Positions 1 to 8,909 are shown, numbered from the stretch's first letter. The stretch: DNA of 14,537 nucleotides from a bacterium (GCA_046757525.1 JBHHYI010000104.1:1-14537); one strand, 5' to 3'. Notes: generated from the sequence alone by a model not told the origin. A program made the numbers and translations.

Positions 1-28
1 CCCCGGCGGCTGCCGGGTCGAAATGACA
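1..28 (-). repeat. TGTCATT-tagged REP-like palindrome (truncated at window edge)
   Basis: Minus strand reads TGTCATTTCGACCCGGCAGCCGCCGGGG. Hairpin CCCGGC (2-7) / GCCGGG (12-17) with a 4-nt loop. Same TGTCATTYC tag as the elements at 92-117 and 14461-14485. Confidence 0.6.
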
Positions 29-37
29 GTTTGGGGG

Positions 38-55
38 CTTAAGTTGACGCCTATG
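38..55 (-). mobile_element. IS4-family (IS231-like) terminal inverted repeat; right end of an element lying to the left
   Basis: Reverse complement is CATAGGCGTCAACTTAAG, with a 5'-CAT end and CAACTTAAG core as recalled for IS231 ends (CATGCCCATCAACTTAAG). It abuts a truncated REP hairpin. Confidence 0.6.
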
Positions 56-117
56 CGCGAAAGCGGGAATCTTTAACCCGTTGATTTTTCTGGATTCCTG
101 CTTTCGCAGGAATGACA
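56..117. repeat. Inverted pair of REP-like (CGTC/GTCATTCC-type, dRS3-like) palindromes; left copy truncated
   Basis: 57-71 GCGAAAGCGGGAATC matches the reverse complement of 93-107 at 14/15 positions. The right copy has a perfect 8-bp stem ATTCCTGC/GCAGGAAT (94-113) with a GAAA loop on the minus strand and the GTCATTCC tag. Confidence 0.8.
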
Positions 118-134
118 AATTGTAGCTCTTTTTC

Positions 135-153
135 GACTTTCTGGACAGCCCTC
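135..153 (-). mobile_element. Possible MITE terminal repeat (IS1182-like end)
   Basis: Minus strand GAGGGCTGTCCAGAAAGTC resembles GAGGCTGTC..AAAGTC-type IS/MITE ends from memory. The partner end is not in the window. Confidence 0.35.
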
Positions 154-179
154 GTTTGTTCAGTATTGGCGAAACTGTG

Positions 180-2453
180 TCAAGAAAGACCTTTGCTTCT
201 CCTGACGAACCATTCCACACACAAGATCAAAATCACCAACAAGAAGATCAGCGGCACGTCCCACAAATCGTATTCCACCATTTTGGAGTAACTGCTTTCC
301 ATGGTTGCAATTTCGTCAGGGAGGCGTTCAGCCTCGGTTTCATGGTAGTAACTGCCGTGGCTGACTTCTGCGATTCTTTTCAGCAACGGTTCCTGCAGTT
401 GTGCGTTGGTGAACTCCTCTTTGGACTCTTCGACAAAAAAGGCCGATTCGGATTTGCCGAGGAAGACCCCCTGGGAAGAATAGGCTGAGACCTCTACTTT
501 GTACAAACCTTGCTCCTCAGGGTGGTAAGCGGCTATGTATTCGACCTTTCCATTGGAGGCCCAGTGGAACACGACCTCTTCGATCTTGCCAGAAGGCGTA
601 ATGATATGAGCTTTGATGGTGGCATCGTCGATGGGCGTGTAGGTGCTGTCCCGCACGTCTGTTTTTAGGGTGACCTGTTCGTTGGGTATGAAGGTCTGCT
701 TGTTGAGATTGAGCACGATGGGTTGCGGAGACGCAAGGGCCAGCCACCGCAGCATTTGACGCCAAAAGCGCTCGTGGCTCATGTCCGTGTGGTTCATCCC
801 CATTTGCCAGTGCCACGAACTCGAAGTGGCAAAGACCATGGTTCGGCCGCGCCCGTATCTTTGGTTAGCCAGGATAATCTTGGGGTTGTCGATTTCACTC
901 AGCGGGTGCACCGCCAGGATTGTGGCTCCGGGCTTGGCCTGTCCGAGAGGATTGAAACCCTCTAATTCAGGCAGTTTTTCCCAGAGCGCCTTGTTTTCCG
1001 ACTCATCCGAAGAGAGCTGCAAAATAGGATGCCGCAAACCGTCTGGCGTCAAAATCAGGTGGTACCTTTCCCGCAGAGACGTTGGCAACTCATCGCTCTG
1101 AGCATGAAAATCTGGCAGCGTGACGGGCAGCATTTTGGCGATTGGGGTGCCGCCGTACCCCCCCTGAGAGAACGATTGGCTGCCCCCCAGCATGAGAAAT
1201 CCGCCTCCCCTTTCTGCAACAAACCCCAGGGTGTTTTGCAGTTGGGTTTGGCTGAAGAACTGCGCTTCCACGCTGCCAAAAATAATAGCATCGTATTGAA
1301 ACAGCTCTTTCCTGAGTTTGGGGTAGCCATCTTTCAGCTCATCGCGATTCTTGATGCCTTGCCGATAAAATTTATCCGGCCCGGTTCTGAGCAGAGACAC
1401 CAGCTCGATGTTGTCGTCATCGTCGATGGCTCGTCGCAAATATTTGAATTCTGCGCGAGGATACCCCTCCACGTACAAAACTCGCGCTCGTTTGTGGCGG
1501 TTGTCGATCAAGAAGTTTTTGCTGTTGTTCTCGCGGATTATTTCGTTTTTTTGCGGCACCACACTGAGGGTGTAACGTGCAATGCCCTTTTGCAGCGGCG
1601 AAAACTTCATGGTGGCCCGGATTGCTGTGCCGCTTAAATGCACCATCTGCTTTTTGAGCACTTTCGTGCCGTCGCTCAAAGTCAACTCGACCGATTGCTC
1701 CGCAAAATGCTTGTTCTTGATGAGCGCTGAGATTTCTACCACCGAGTTTTCGATCACCGAGTGATTGGTTGCGACTTTGGCAATCTCGACGTCTTTGGAA
1801 ATATCGCTGCCAGCTCCAACCACGTAAATAGGTATCTTTTTGCTGCCCAACAGCGCCGCCGATTCCAAAGGATCCAGGCTGCCGTTGTCTACCCCGTCGG
1901 TGAACAACACGACCGCGGCCACCTCTCCCTGACTGGCCATTTCCGAAGCGAATTGCAGGCTTGTACCAATCTGCGTCTTTGCGCCCTGGGCAGCTACCTC
2001 GTCGATGGTGTTCAACAGTTCCACGTCCGAGGAAAACTTGAACATCTGAATCTTGAAGTTCTTCTTTAATCTTTTCAAGAGATTTTTTTTGACGAACAAG
2101 TCGTGCACCAGTTGTTTTCTGGAAACCTTGTTGTGCGTATCCTTGATGGTCATGCTTTTGGAATCATCGACCAGAAGAATTAGCGAACTCTTCTGCGGGA
2201 CTATGAGAGAAACATCAATGATGGGTTCCAACAAGATGAAGCCCAGAAGCGCGATGGCCAGGAACTTCAGGGCAACCAGGGCGCCCTTGAGGTAGCGGTT
2301 TAAAGCCAGGGTAGTCTTGCGATAAAGAAGATAGAGAATCAACAGCGCCCCCACGGTCAGGGCCATCAGGACCAGCAAGGAAGGGAGGTGCCTGAACGAC
2401 AGGGTGCCTTCGGATAAAACAGTGGGGCTGTATTTTAGCAGAAACTCAGTCAT
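180..2453 (-). CDS. Membrane protein with vWA, Ig-like and class I glutamine-amidotransferase-like (GATase1-like) domains
   Basis: 757 aa. Two N-terminal TMs ending LLEP, MIDAS LLVDDSKSM/KTQ/VLFTDG, IIRENN Ig-like end, RVLYVEGYPRAEFKYLRRA, FQYDAIIFGS, FVAERGGGFLMLGG, YGRGRTMVF..SSWHW, and C-terminal TM followed by EWFVRRSKGLS. Confidence 0.9.
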   Translation of the reverse strand: MTEFLLKYSPTVLSEGTLSFRHLPSLLVLMALTVGALLILYLLYRKTTLALNRYLKGALVALKFLAIALLGFILLEPIIDVSLIVPQKSSLILLVDDSKSMTIKDTHNKVSRKQLVHDLFVKKNLLKRLKKNFKIQMFKFSSDVELLNTIDEVAAQGAKTQIGTSLQFASEMASQGEVAAVVLFTDGVDNGSLDPLESAALLGSKKIPIYVVGAGSDISKDVEIAKVATNHSVIENSVVEISALIKNKHFAEQSVELTLSDGTKVLKKQMVHLSGTAIRATMKFSPLQKGIARYTLSVVPQKNEIIRENNSKNFLIDNRHKRARVLYVEGYPRAEFKYLRRAIDDDDNIELVSLLRTGPDKFYRQGIKNRDELKDGYPKLRKELFQYDAIIFGSVEAQFFSQTQLQNTLGFVAERGGGFLMLGGSQSFSQGGYGGTPIAKMLPVTLPDFHAQSDELPTSLRERYHLILTPDGLRHPILQLSSDESENKALWEKLPELEGFNPLGQAKPGATILAVHPLSEIDNPKIILANQRYGRGRTMVFATSSSWHWQMGMNHTDMSHERFWRQMLRWLALASPQPIVLNLNKQTFIPNEQVTLKTDVRDSTYTPIDDATIKAHIITPSGKIEEVVFHWASNGKVEYIAAYHPEEQGLYKVEVSAYSSQGVFLGKSESAFFVEESKEEFTNAQLQEPLLKRIAEVSHGSYYHETEAERLPDEIATMESSYSKMVEYDLWDVPLIFLLVILILCVEWFVRRSKGLS

Positions 2454-2480
2454 AACGTCGATAGCTCGATCTGGTCAACA

Positions 2481-5400
2481 CTATTTAGATTTCGACAGCG
2501 CTTCGTAATATTTTTCCACCAGTTCTTCATATTCCGGCGGGATTTTTTCCTCGCGGGCCAGAAACAATCTTTCTTTGTTTTGCAGTAATTCCAGTGTTTG
2601 CGCCAATTCAGTCTCGAAGCTGCGCAAGGGACCCAGGAGCTTATTTTCGATCAAATCCAACTTTTTCGGGTCGCCGCCGCCAAAGTTCCTGACGATCCCT
2701 TGCAAATCATTGTTGATGCGTCCCAACTGCCGGCTCAAGGTGCTGTCCACTTGAATAGATTGGTTGATGGCTTGCAAGTCCTGTGCGGCGCGCGCCAGAG
2801 CCTCATTCCATTGCTCTCTTTGTTCGGGGCTAAGTTTGGGCGGCGGGCTCTTGGATTCGCCCGGTCCTGCCAGATCTCGGTTGCCTTGTTGCCCTCTTGT
2901 TTGTGGTTGGGAACCCTTTTGCAGCGCCTGGCCCTGGCCAGCCTCTGTGCGGCTTTGTTGCTGCAACGATTCCAAGCTTTCGCGCAGTTTCTGAGTTTGA
3001 TCTAAGGCCAGTTCCAGTTTCTCTTCTTTGGTGTCCGCCAATTGTCTTCGGAGGCGCGACATTTTCTCCTCGAACCGCTCTAACATGGTCTGGATGTCCC
3101 GTTCTGCCTGCAGCGCCGAGTTCAAGCGCTCCTTTTGCAGCAGATCCTGGGCACTTTGCATTTTGTCTTCAAACCTGGAATTCTGAAACTCCCGCGATAT
3201 TCTTGTCAAGTCCCGGCTGATCTTTTTTTCAGATTTTTGGGATTTTCGGTTTAACGCTTGCAGGTCCTTTTGCAATTCGGACACGTCGTCTTTTAACTGG
3301 CTCTGATCTTCTCGAGCTTTTTGCAACAGTTCTTTGTCTGCATTTTCACCCCTGGCCAACGATTCCACATCGTTGGTGAGCTGTTTTTGGGCTTCGCGCA
3401 ACTGCTGCAACTCTTGCATGAGCGATTCATATTCTCTGCGCAACGATTCGTTCAAATTACGTTTGAGGGCGTTCTCAAGATGTTTCAAGCGACTTAGAGC
3501 TTTTTGTCCCTTGGCGGCCGCCAGATCTGAATTCTCCTTGCGCAAATCATTGGAAGCGTTGTTCATTTCCGAGGACGCCTGTCTCAAGCTGTTCTGCATT
3601 TCGCGGGACAGGTTAGCATCGTTTTGGCCAATTTGCTGCATGGGACGATTCAGTTGCTGCATTTCCCGTTGAATCTGTTCTTGTTGTCGGCGCAGCTCTT
3701 CGATCCGGCGTTTTTTCTCCTGTTCCTCGAGCTGGTTGCGGGCCAGGTCCCGGGCGCGTTTGTTTAATTGCTGCTGCCTGCGCGCCAACTCCTTGACTTT
3801 CTCCAGGGCTTCATTGACGGCTTGATCTTTTTGGCGCCGCTGATTTTGCTGCAGCGTTTCATATTTGTTTTTGAGCTTGTCCATGTCGTCCTCAAAAAGG
3901 CGAGCCAGATCTTCCAGTGAAGCACTGCCACTTCCGCCCTGACTTTGTGCCATTTGCATTTGAAACTCCTTCAACTGCGCTTCGGCCTGTCGCAGGCTCT
4001 GGTAGGCCTGGCGCTCCGGTTTAAGGGCTTCGTCCAGGGCTCCCTGCTTGAGCTGGTCCAGGGCCCGTTCCATGGCCTCGGCAGCTTGAGAGTACAGCTC
4101 GGTCACCCTCTCGCCGGCTTTCCGCGTGAACATGGAACGCTGCTGCATCTGAAATAGCGTATTTTCTGTAACTTCTTTGAGGTTGCTCTGGCTTTCGACC
4201 AGCACGGCCAGATTCTCTTGCAGTTCGTCTTCGGATATTTTCTTTTGTCTGTGGGCGAGCTTCCAGGTGGCCACGATGATTTCTTTCTGAGTGCTGGAGA
4301 GCTGTCCGCCGAGGGCGTTGCCGCCGCTACCGCTAGCCTCGCCTTGAGAGACCGGACGGTAAAACTCGCGTTCAAACGGCCGGATGTCCAAAAAATAGAT
4401 GTCAGTGGAGGCAGCGTCATTCATCGTTGCGGCCCGGTTGTCAAGCGCCTGGACGTAGTAGGTCAAGAAGTCACCCGGCTGAACTTGCATATCCTCCAGA
4501 TAGAATAGGTGTTCCGCCTGGAAACTCCGGAGCTGGTTTAACTGCACCTCACCAGCCTCTTTGCCTTCAGGGGTGGCCGTGAGATTAACCGTTTGTTCCT
4601 TGTCCCCATTGACCGTATAAAACAATTTCAAAGACTTCAGACCAAAATCGTCCTGTACATTGATCTTGACGGGGACTTCCTCTACCATGGAAGCCTTGAG
4701 GTCGCGACCAGGCGACGCGATGGTCAAAATAGGAGCCTGGTCCGGGATGGCATGGACAAAGTACTCCGGCGGCGGATCGTTGGTCAGCAAGTCTGTGTCG
4801 GTAATGCGAATCTTGTAGTAGGTGTCCTGGTCGACGGTGATGGTCGCCGTGATCAAGGTGTCGGACTTGATGGCCGCGTTGAGCTTTTGGTGGTCGCCTA
4901 AGATGAACTCCCCCTTCTGCAAGGGTTTGTCCGAAACCGCTTTTATTCTTACAATGGTGCCTTCCGGGGCCCAAATATCGCCGGTGTCGATTTCCTTTTT
5001 TGGTTTAAGGCCGGTGTACTCCGGAAATTGGTAGGTCAAATCCACGCGTTTGATCTCCGGGGCTTCATAAGTGGTGAAGGTGTAGATTTTGGACAGCAAG
5101 TTGTCGGCTTTCACGTAGTATTTGGTCTGGCCTTGAATGTCGAAAAAATTGTAGACGAAAGCGCCATCTTGACTGGTTTTGTCCATCGGAACTTTGCGCC
5201 AGGTCGTGTCTGCAAGAGAAAAATAAAGCGTAGCCTGGTCTACCGCAAGGCCATTGACCTCTGCTCTGATTTCCTGGGAAGAACCTTTGGCGACGCGGGC
5301 ATCGCCCGGCGTCACCTTTAAGCCCGTTTGGGCGACGAAGGTTGGAATTTTCCAGGGTGTAAAGATTCTGTCTGTTCTTGCAAGAAAGTAACTTAAATGG

Positions 5401-5900
5401 GAGAAAATAACCGTTGCGCACAGAGCCAGGACCGCAAGCGCCAGGCTGCTCCAAATGGTTGCATTTTTCGTGCTAACGGTTTTGAGCAAATTCATGGATT
5501 TGATGTGCTGGCGGGTGTCATCGATCAGTTTTTCCAGAATAAGGGGCGAGATTCCAGAGTGGGCATCTGCACTCAGTTCCACCGCGCTGACAAACCGATC
5601 CTCTAATTCCGGGTGTTTCTCCTCCACATAGCGAGCAAGCTGAGTCGCCGATGGCGCTTTTCTCAGCGGCCGCACTATTTGGTAGACCACGGTCGCAACG
5701 GTTAACCCAGCCGCACCAACCAACAGCAACAATCTGATGCTGTTCCCGACTTCAAGCCAGGCATCGAGAGCAAAAACAAACAACAGCGCTCCAAGTGCAA
5801 TCAACACGGACATAGCAGCGCCTTTGAGCAGAACGGTTTTCTTCCAGCGACCATAGATCTGCTTGATTTGCCTCATCAGGTTTTGATTTTGTTCTCTCAT
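2481..5900 (-). CDS. Large membrane-anchored protein (DUF4175-like): 3 TM, Ig-like beta domains, long Q/E/K/R-rich helical repeat region
   Basis: 1139 aa. Three N-terminal hydrophobic helices with loop ARYVEEKHPELEDRFVSAVEL. Beta-rich domains (VTPGDARV..G, YQFPEYTGL, PDQAP, DDFGL, PGDFLTYYVQALDN), a C-terminal helical/coiled-coil half, and terminal IPPEYEELVEKYYEALSK. Confidence 0.85.
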   Translation of the reverse strand: MREQNQNLMRQIKQIYGRWKKTVLLKGAAMSVLIALGALLFVFALDAWLEVGNSIRLLLLVGAAGLTVATVVYQIVRPLRKAPSATQLARYVEEKHPELEDRFVSAVELSADAHSGISPLILEKLIDDTRQHIKSMNLLKTVSTKNATIWSSLALAVLALCATVIFSHLSYFLARTDRIFTPWKIPTFVAQTGLKVTPGDARVAKGSSQEIRAEVNGLAVDQATLYFSLADTTWRKVPMDKTSQDGAFVYNFFDIQGQTKYYVKADNLLSKIYTFTTYEAPEIKRVDLTYQFPEYTGLKPKKEIDTGDIWAPEGTIVRIKAVSDKPLQKGEFILGDHQKLNAAIKSDTLITATITVDQDTYYKIRITDTDLLTNDPPPEYFVHAIPDQAPILTIASPGRDLKASMVEEVPVKINVQDDFGLKSLKLFYTVNGDKEQTVNLTATPEGKEAGEVQLNQLRSFQAEHLFYLEDMQVQPGDFLTYYVQALDNRAATMNDAASTDIYFLDIRPFEREFYRPVSQGEASGSGGNALGGQLSSTQKEIIVATWKLAHRQKKISEDELQENLAVLVESQSNLKEVTENTLFQMQQRSMFTRKAGERVTELYSQAAEAMERALDQLKQGALDEALKPERQAYQSLRQAEAQLKEFQMQMAQSQGGSGSASLEDLARLFEDDMDKLKNKYETLQQNQRRQKDQAVNEALEKVKELARRQQQLNKRARDLARNQLEEQEKKRRIEELRRQQEQIQREMQQLNRPMQQIGQNDANLSREMQNSLRQASSEMNNASNDLRKENSDLAAAKGQKALSRLKHLENALKRNLNESLRREYESLMQELQQLREAQKQLTNDVESLARGENADKELLQKAREDQSQLKDDVSELQKDLQALNRKSQKSEKKISRDLTRISREFQNSRFEDKMQSAQDLLQKERLNSALQAERDIQTMLERFEEKMSRLRRQLADTKEEKLELALDQTQKLRESLESLQQQSRTEAGQGQALQKGSQPQTRGQQGNRDLAGPGESKSPPPKLSPEQREQWNEALARAAQDLQAINQSIQVDSTLSRQLGRINNDLQGIVRNFGGGDPKKLDLIENKLLGPLRSFETELAQTLELLQNKERLFLAREEKIPPEYEELVEKYYEALSKSK

Positions 5901-5931
5901 GTTTATTCCGTTGTTTGAATCAGCAATTCTT

Positions 5932-8007
5932 TCACCTGTAAGTCCGATTCGCTAACCAGGTTTCCCCCAACAGCAGCAAAATAACGGCCAAAATGATGAA
6001 TCTCCAAAACTTTTGTCGCTTTTCAATCTGGCCGCCACCGTCGCTGGCTGCCATTGCAGCGGTTTGCACATTGGTTTCCGCAGCCATTTCAATTCTTGCT
6101 GTGAGCTCTGTCGGCTCCAGTGGACTTAAATCCGATTCCCTGGAATCCACGTTGACGGCAAAACGCGCGAAAGCTTGCTTACGGCCATTCCGATAGATTC
6201 CGTAGATGCCCGGTTCATTCGTTTGTTCAAAGAAACCCTCAGGAGTTTCAATTTTCCTGCCATTGGGGGTTTTCACAAATAGACTCGATTTTGCGGTGGT
6301 TTTCCAGGGACCTCTGGTCAGCGGAATGGGTTGTCCCACCAGGAAAGATTTTTGGCCGCTTTTTTGGGCGGCAACGTACTGAATGGTTTGGTACAGCAAG
6401 GGTAGAAATATGGGCTTGACTGGCAGGTTGTTCCATTCCGAATCCAGGGTCGTGGTCAGGAGAATCACTTTGCCTTTGCCCACTTTTCTTTCCAGAAGTG
6501 CGGGATTGCCATCGTCGAAGCGCGCCAATACGGTTTCTGTGTTTAGAGGGTTGACTCTAAAGTATTGGTAGAATTGGGCGGTGCTCGGATCACCGTGGCC
6601 CGGTTGTGCAAAAGGTCTGAAGATAGGATGGTGGTAGTCGACTTCTGCCATGATTACGCTGTTTTTCCGTGTGACCGCTCCTTTGGCTTTTTCAATCAGG
6701 GCGGCCGGAGCCAGGTCCTGAAACAGTTGATTGAAAATAGTGGAGTTGACCCGGTCGCCCACCGCCAAGATGAGACCGCCACCGCCACGGACGTAATACG
6801 TTAACCGCTCTAAATCGCGCCGCTTGAAATTCTTCACATTGGCCAAAATGATGGCGCGGTGGTCCTCGAACCGTACCTTTTTTAAATTGTCCGGCCGGGC
6901 GGTGACCAATTGGTATTTATTGGTATTGGGCAGATCGATGGCACGCTCCACAAAAAACAGTTCGTCCTTGGAGCTATCCTTGGAGTCCGGTTCCCCATTG
7001 ATGGCCAAAACATCCACCGATCTCTTGTTCTCGACGACGAAATAAAAGGTGTTGTCCACAGTTAGGGCGTCCTGTCCGGATTCAATTTGCACGTAGCCAG
7101 CATTGGACCTGCCCGAAATTTTGAGGTGCTTGAACTGTTCTATTTTCTCCTGGCCGGCAGGAATGGTGAGTCTGCGTTGGGCAACCTTTTTGCCATTCAA
7201 GTGCAGCGTTGCTTTGACCTTAGCTTTCTGCGCACCAAAGTTTTTCACTCGCACCAGAAGTTCTTTTTTGATGTAGGTGGACTTGTTTTCTGGAATTTTC
7301 ACTTCGGTGATGGCCACATTCGCGGAAGCCTTTGTGCCAACGGGGATGAGATGCAATTGAATGCCCGGATCCAGCTTAAAGCGAAAGTAGTTTTCCGCCA
7401 AACCGCTGCGTTGGAAGTCGGAAACCACGTAAATGGCCTTGTCTTCCAAAGCAGATTGGCGCAGAATCGCTGCAGCCGACCGCACGGCTTTGACGTAGTT
7501 CGTGCTCTTATTGGTCAGGTGTAAACGCTCGGGCCAGGCGTTTGGCAGCGTGCCGTCGTTGTCCGTTTCGCCGATAACCTCAGCCGATTCTGAAAACTGC
7601 AGCACGGTGACCAAGTCGCCAGATTCAAAGTCGCTGAGAAGCTCCTGCAATTTTGCCCGGGCCTGTTTGAAGTGATCCTGGTAAGCCATGCTGAAGGAGT
7701 TGTCGATCAAGATGACCGCGGCTTTTGGCTGGTTGGCCCAGAAAGTTTTGGAATTGGCCTTATTCAAATAGGGCCGGGCGAACGCCAGGGCCAGCAGAAG
7801 AAAAGCCACGATTCGCATCAGTAGAAGCAGAATCTGCTTCAGGCGTTGGGAACGGACGTTCTGGAAAAGCTCTGTTCGCAGGAAGCGCATGGCGGCAAAC
7901 GGCAGCTTGGTGGCCCGGTCGCGTTTGAGCAAATGGAGGATCAGGGGCAGCGCAGCCGCGCTAAGTCCCCACAAAAACAAGGAATTCAAGAAGGAAATAC
8001 CGAACAT
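5932..8007 (-). CDS. BatA-type N-terminal double-TM protein with vWA, Ig-like and GATase1-like domains, plus C-terminal TM anchor
   Basis: 691 aa. N-terminus FLNSLFLWGLSAAALPLILHLL..R....PFAAMRFL...LLLLMRIVAFLLLALAFARP is the aerotolerance-regulator (BatA) N-terminal pattern. MIDAS IDNSFSM/STN/VVSDFQ, Ig-like NVAITEV...VRVKNFG, YVRGGGGLILAVG...HPIF...GKGKVILL, and C-terminal TM FWRFIILAVILLLLGETWL. Confidence 0.9.
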   Translation of the reverse strand: MFGISFLNSLFLWGLSAAALPLILHLLKRDRATKLPFAAMRFLRTELFQNVRSQRLKQILLLLMRIVAFLLLALAFARPYLNKANSKTFWANQPKAAVILIDNSFSMAYQDHFKQARAKLQELLSDFESGDLVTVLQFSESAEVIGETDNDGTLPNAWPERLHLTNKSTNYVKAVRSAAAILRQSALEDKAIYVVSDFQRSGLAENYFRFKLDPGIQLHLIPVGTKASANVAITEVKIPENKSTYIKKELLVRVKNFGAQKAKVKATLHLNGKKVAQRRLTIPAGQEKIEQFKHLKISGRSNAGYVQIESGQDALTVDNTFYFVVENKRSVDVLAINGEPDSKDSSKDELFFVERAIDLPNTNKYQLVTARPDNLKKVRFEDHRAIILANVKNFKRRDLERLTYYVRGGGGLILAVGDRVNSTIFNQLFQDLAPAALIEKAKGAVTRKNSVIMAEVDYHHPIFRPFAQPGHGDPSTAQFYQYFRVNPLNTETVLARFDDGNPALLERKVGKGKVILLTTTLDSEWNNLPVKPIFLPLLYQTIQYVAAQKSGQKSFLVGQPIPLTRGPWKTTAKSSLFVKTPNGRKIETPEGFFEQTNEPGIYGIYRNGRKQAFARFAVNVDSRESDLSPLEPTELTARIEMAAETNVQTAAMAASDGGGQIEKRQKFWRFIILAVILLLLGETWLANRTYR

Positions 8008-8010
8008 GCT

Positions 8011-8904
8011 CTAACCCCTACCGCTTCTGTGCACAAGGTAGCTGAACAGAGCGAAGTCCAAAGGTTTTGAAGTATTTAACAGGTGGTAGTCCACCTTTTG
8101 TCTGCCACAGCCTCTTTTGAATTGTTCTAAGTGTTGGTTCAGGTTTTTCATGTAGGTGTCGCGAACCAACGTGGGAATGGCCGTAATGTTGCCCTTGCCC
8201 TCGAGATCCAGGAACTTGGTAGCATTTTTAAATGGAAAGGTTAGCTCGGTGTCGTCCATAATATGAAAAACGATGACATCGTGTCCTTGAAACCGGAAGT
8301 GCTGCAATCCTTCTAACACCGAGTCCGGATCTTCCAGCAGGTCCGAGATGAGGATGACCAGACCCTTTTTTCGTAGATTGTCCGCCATCTGGTGCAGGGG
8401 CAGCGCCATTTCGGTTCCGTGGCCGCCTGCTAACTTTTCCAGTATTTTCAAGATCGACAACAGGTGCCCTTTCCTATTCCGGGCTGGCACCAGTTGCTTG
8501 ATTTCCTGATCGAAGGTCATCAGGCCCACGCCATCCCTTTGTTGAAAAATCAAATAGCCCAGAGAGGCCGCCAAATAGGAGCCATATTCCAACTTTGAAA
8601 TTCCATTGCCGGCATAACTCATGGACGCGCTGGTGTCCAACAAGAGGTGGCAATTGAGATTGGTTTCTTCTTCGAATTCTTTTACGTAATATCGGTCAGA
8701 GCGGGCATAGATTTTCCAGTCTATGAAGCGGATGTCGTCGCCCGGGGTATACTGCCGGTATTCTGCAAATTCCACGCTGAAGCCGCGGTAGGGGCTGCGG
8801 TGCAGTCCCGAGATGAAGCCTTCGACCACGGTGCGTGCACAAAGCTCCATGCCAGAGATTCTGGAAAGTATTTTTGGATCTAAGAATCTTAACTGGTTTG
8901 CCAT
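8011..8904 (-). CDS. DUF58-domain vWA protein (MoxR partner)
   Basis: Likely true start is the ATG at 8904 (MANQLRFLDPKIL), 5 nt after the moxR stop, giving 297 aa. DUF58 signature GLHRSPYRGFSVEFAEYRQYTPGDDIRFIDWK..ARSDRYYVKEFEEE. MIDAS residues LLLDTSASM ... T ... ILISDL. No TM segment or signal peptide. Confidence 0.93.
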   Translation of the reverse strand: MANQLRFLDPKILSRISGMELCARTVVEGFISGLHRSPYRGFSVEFAEYRQYTPGDDIRFIDWKIYARSDRYYVKEFEEETNLNCHLLLDTSASMSYAGNGISKLEYGSYLAASLGYLIFQQRDGVGLMTFDQEIKQLVPARNRKGHLLSILKILEKLAGGHGTEMALPLHQMADNLRKKGLVILISDLLEDPDSVLEGLQHFRFQGHDVIVFHIMDDTELTFPFKNATKFLDLEGKGNITAIPTLVRDTYMKNLNQHLEQFKRGCGRQKVDYHLLNTSKPLDFALFSYLVHRSGRG

Positions 8905-8909
8905 TTCGA

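Noticed and set aside
57..117. Rho-independent terminator or CRISPR repeat
   Set aside because: No U-tract is adjacent to the stem on either strand. The repeats are inverted rather than regularly spaced direct repeats, and there are no cas genes.
2454..2480. TCGA-TAGC-TCGA mini-hairpin before the last gene's start codon
   Set aside because: It is only a 4-bp stem, which is expected by chance.
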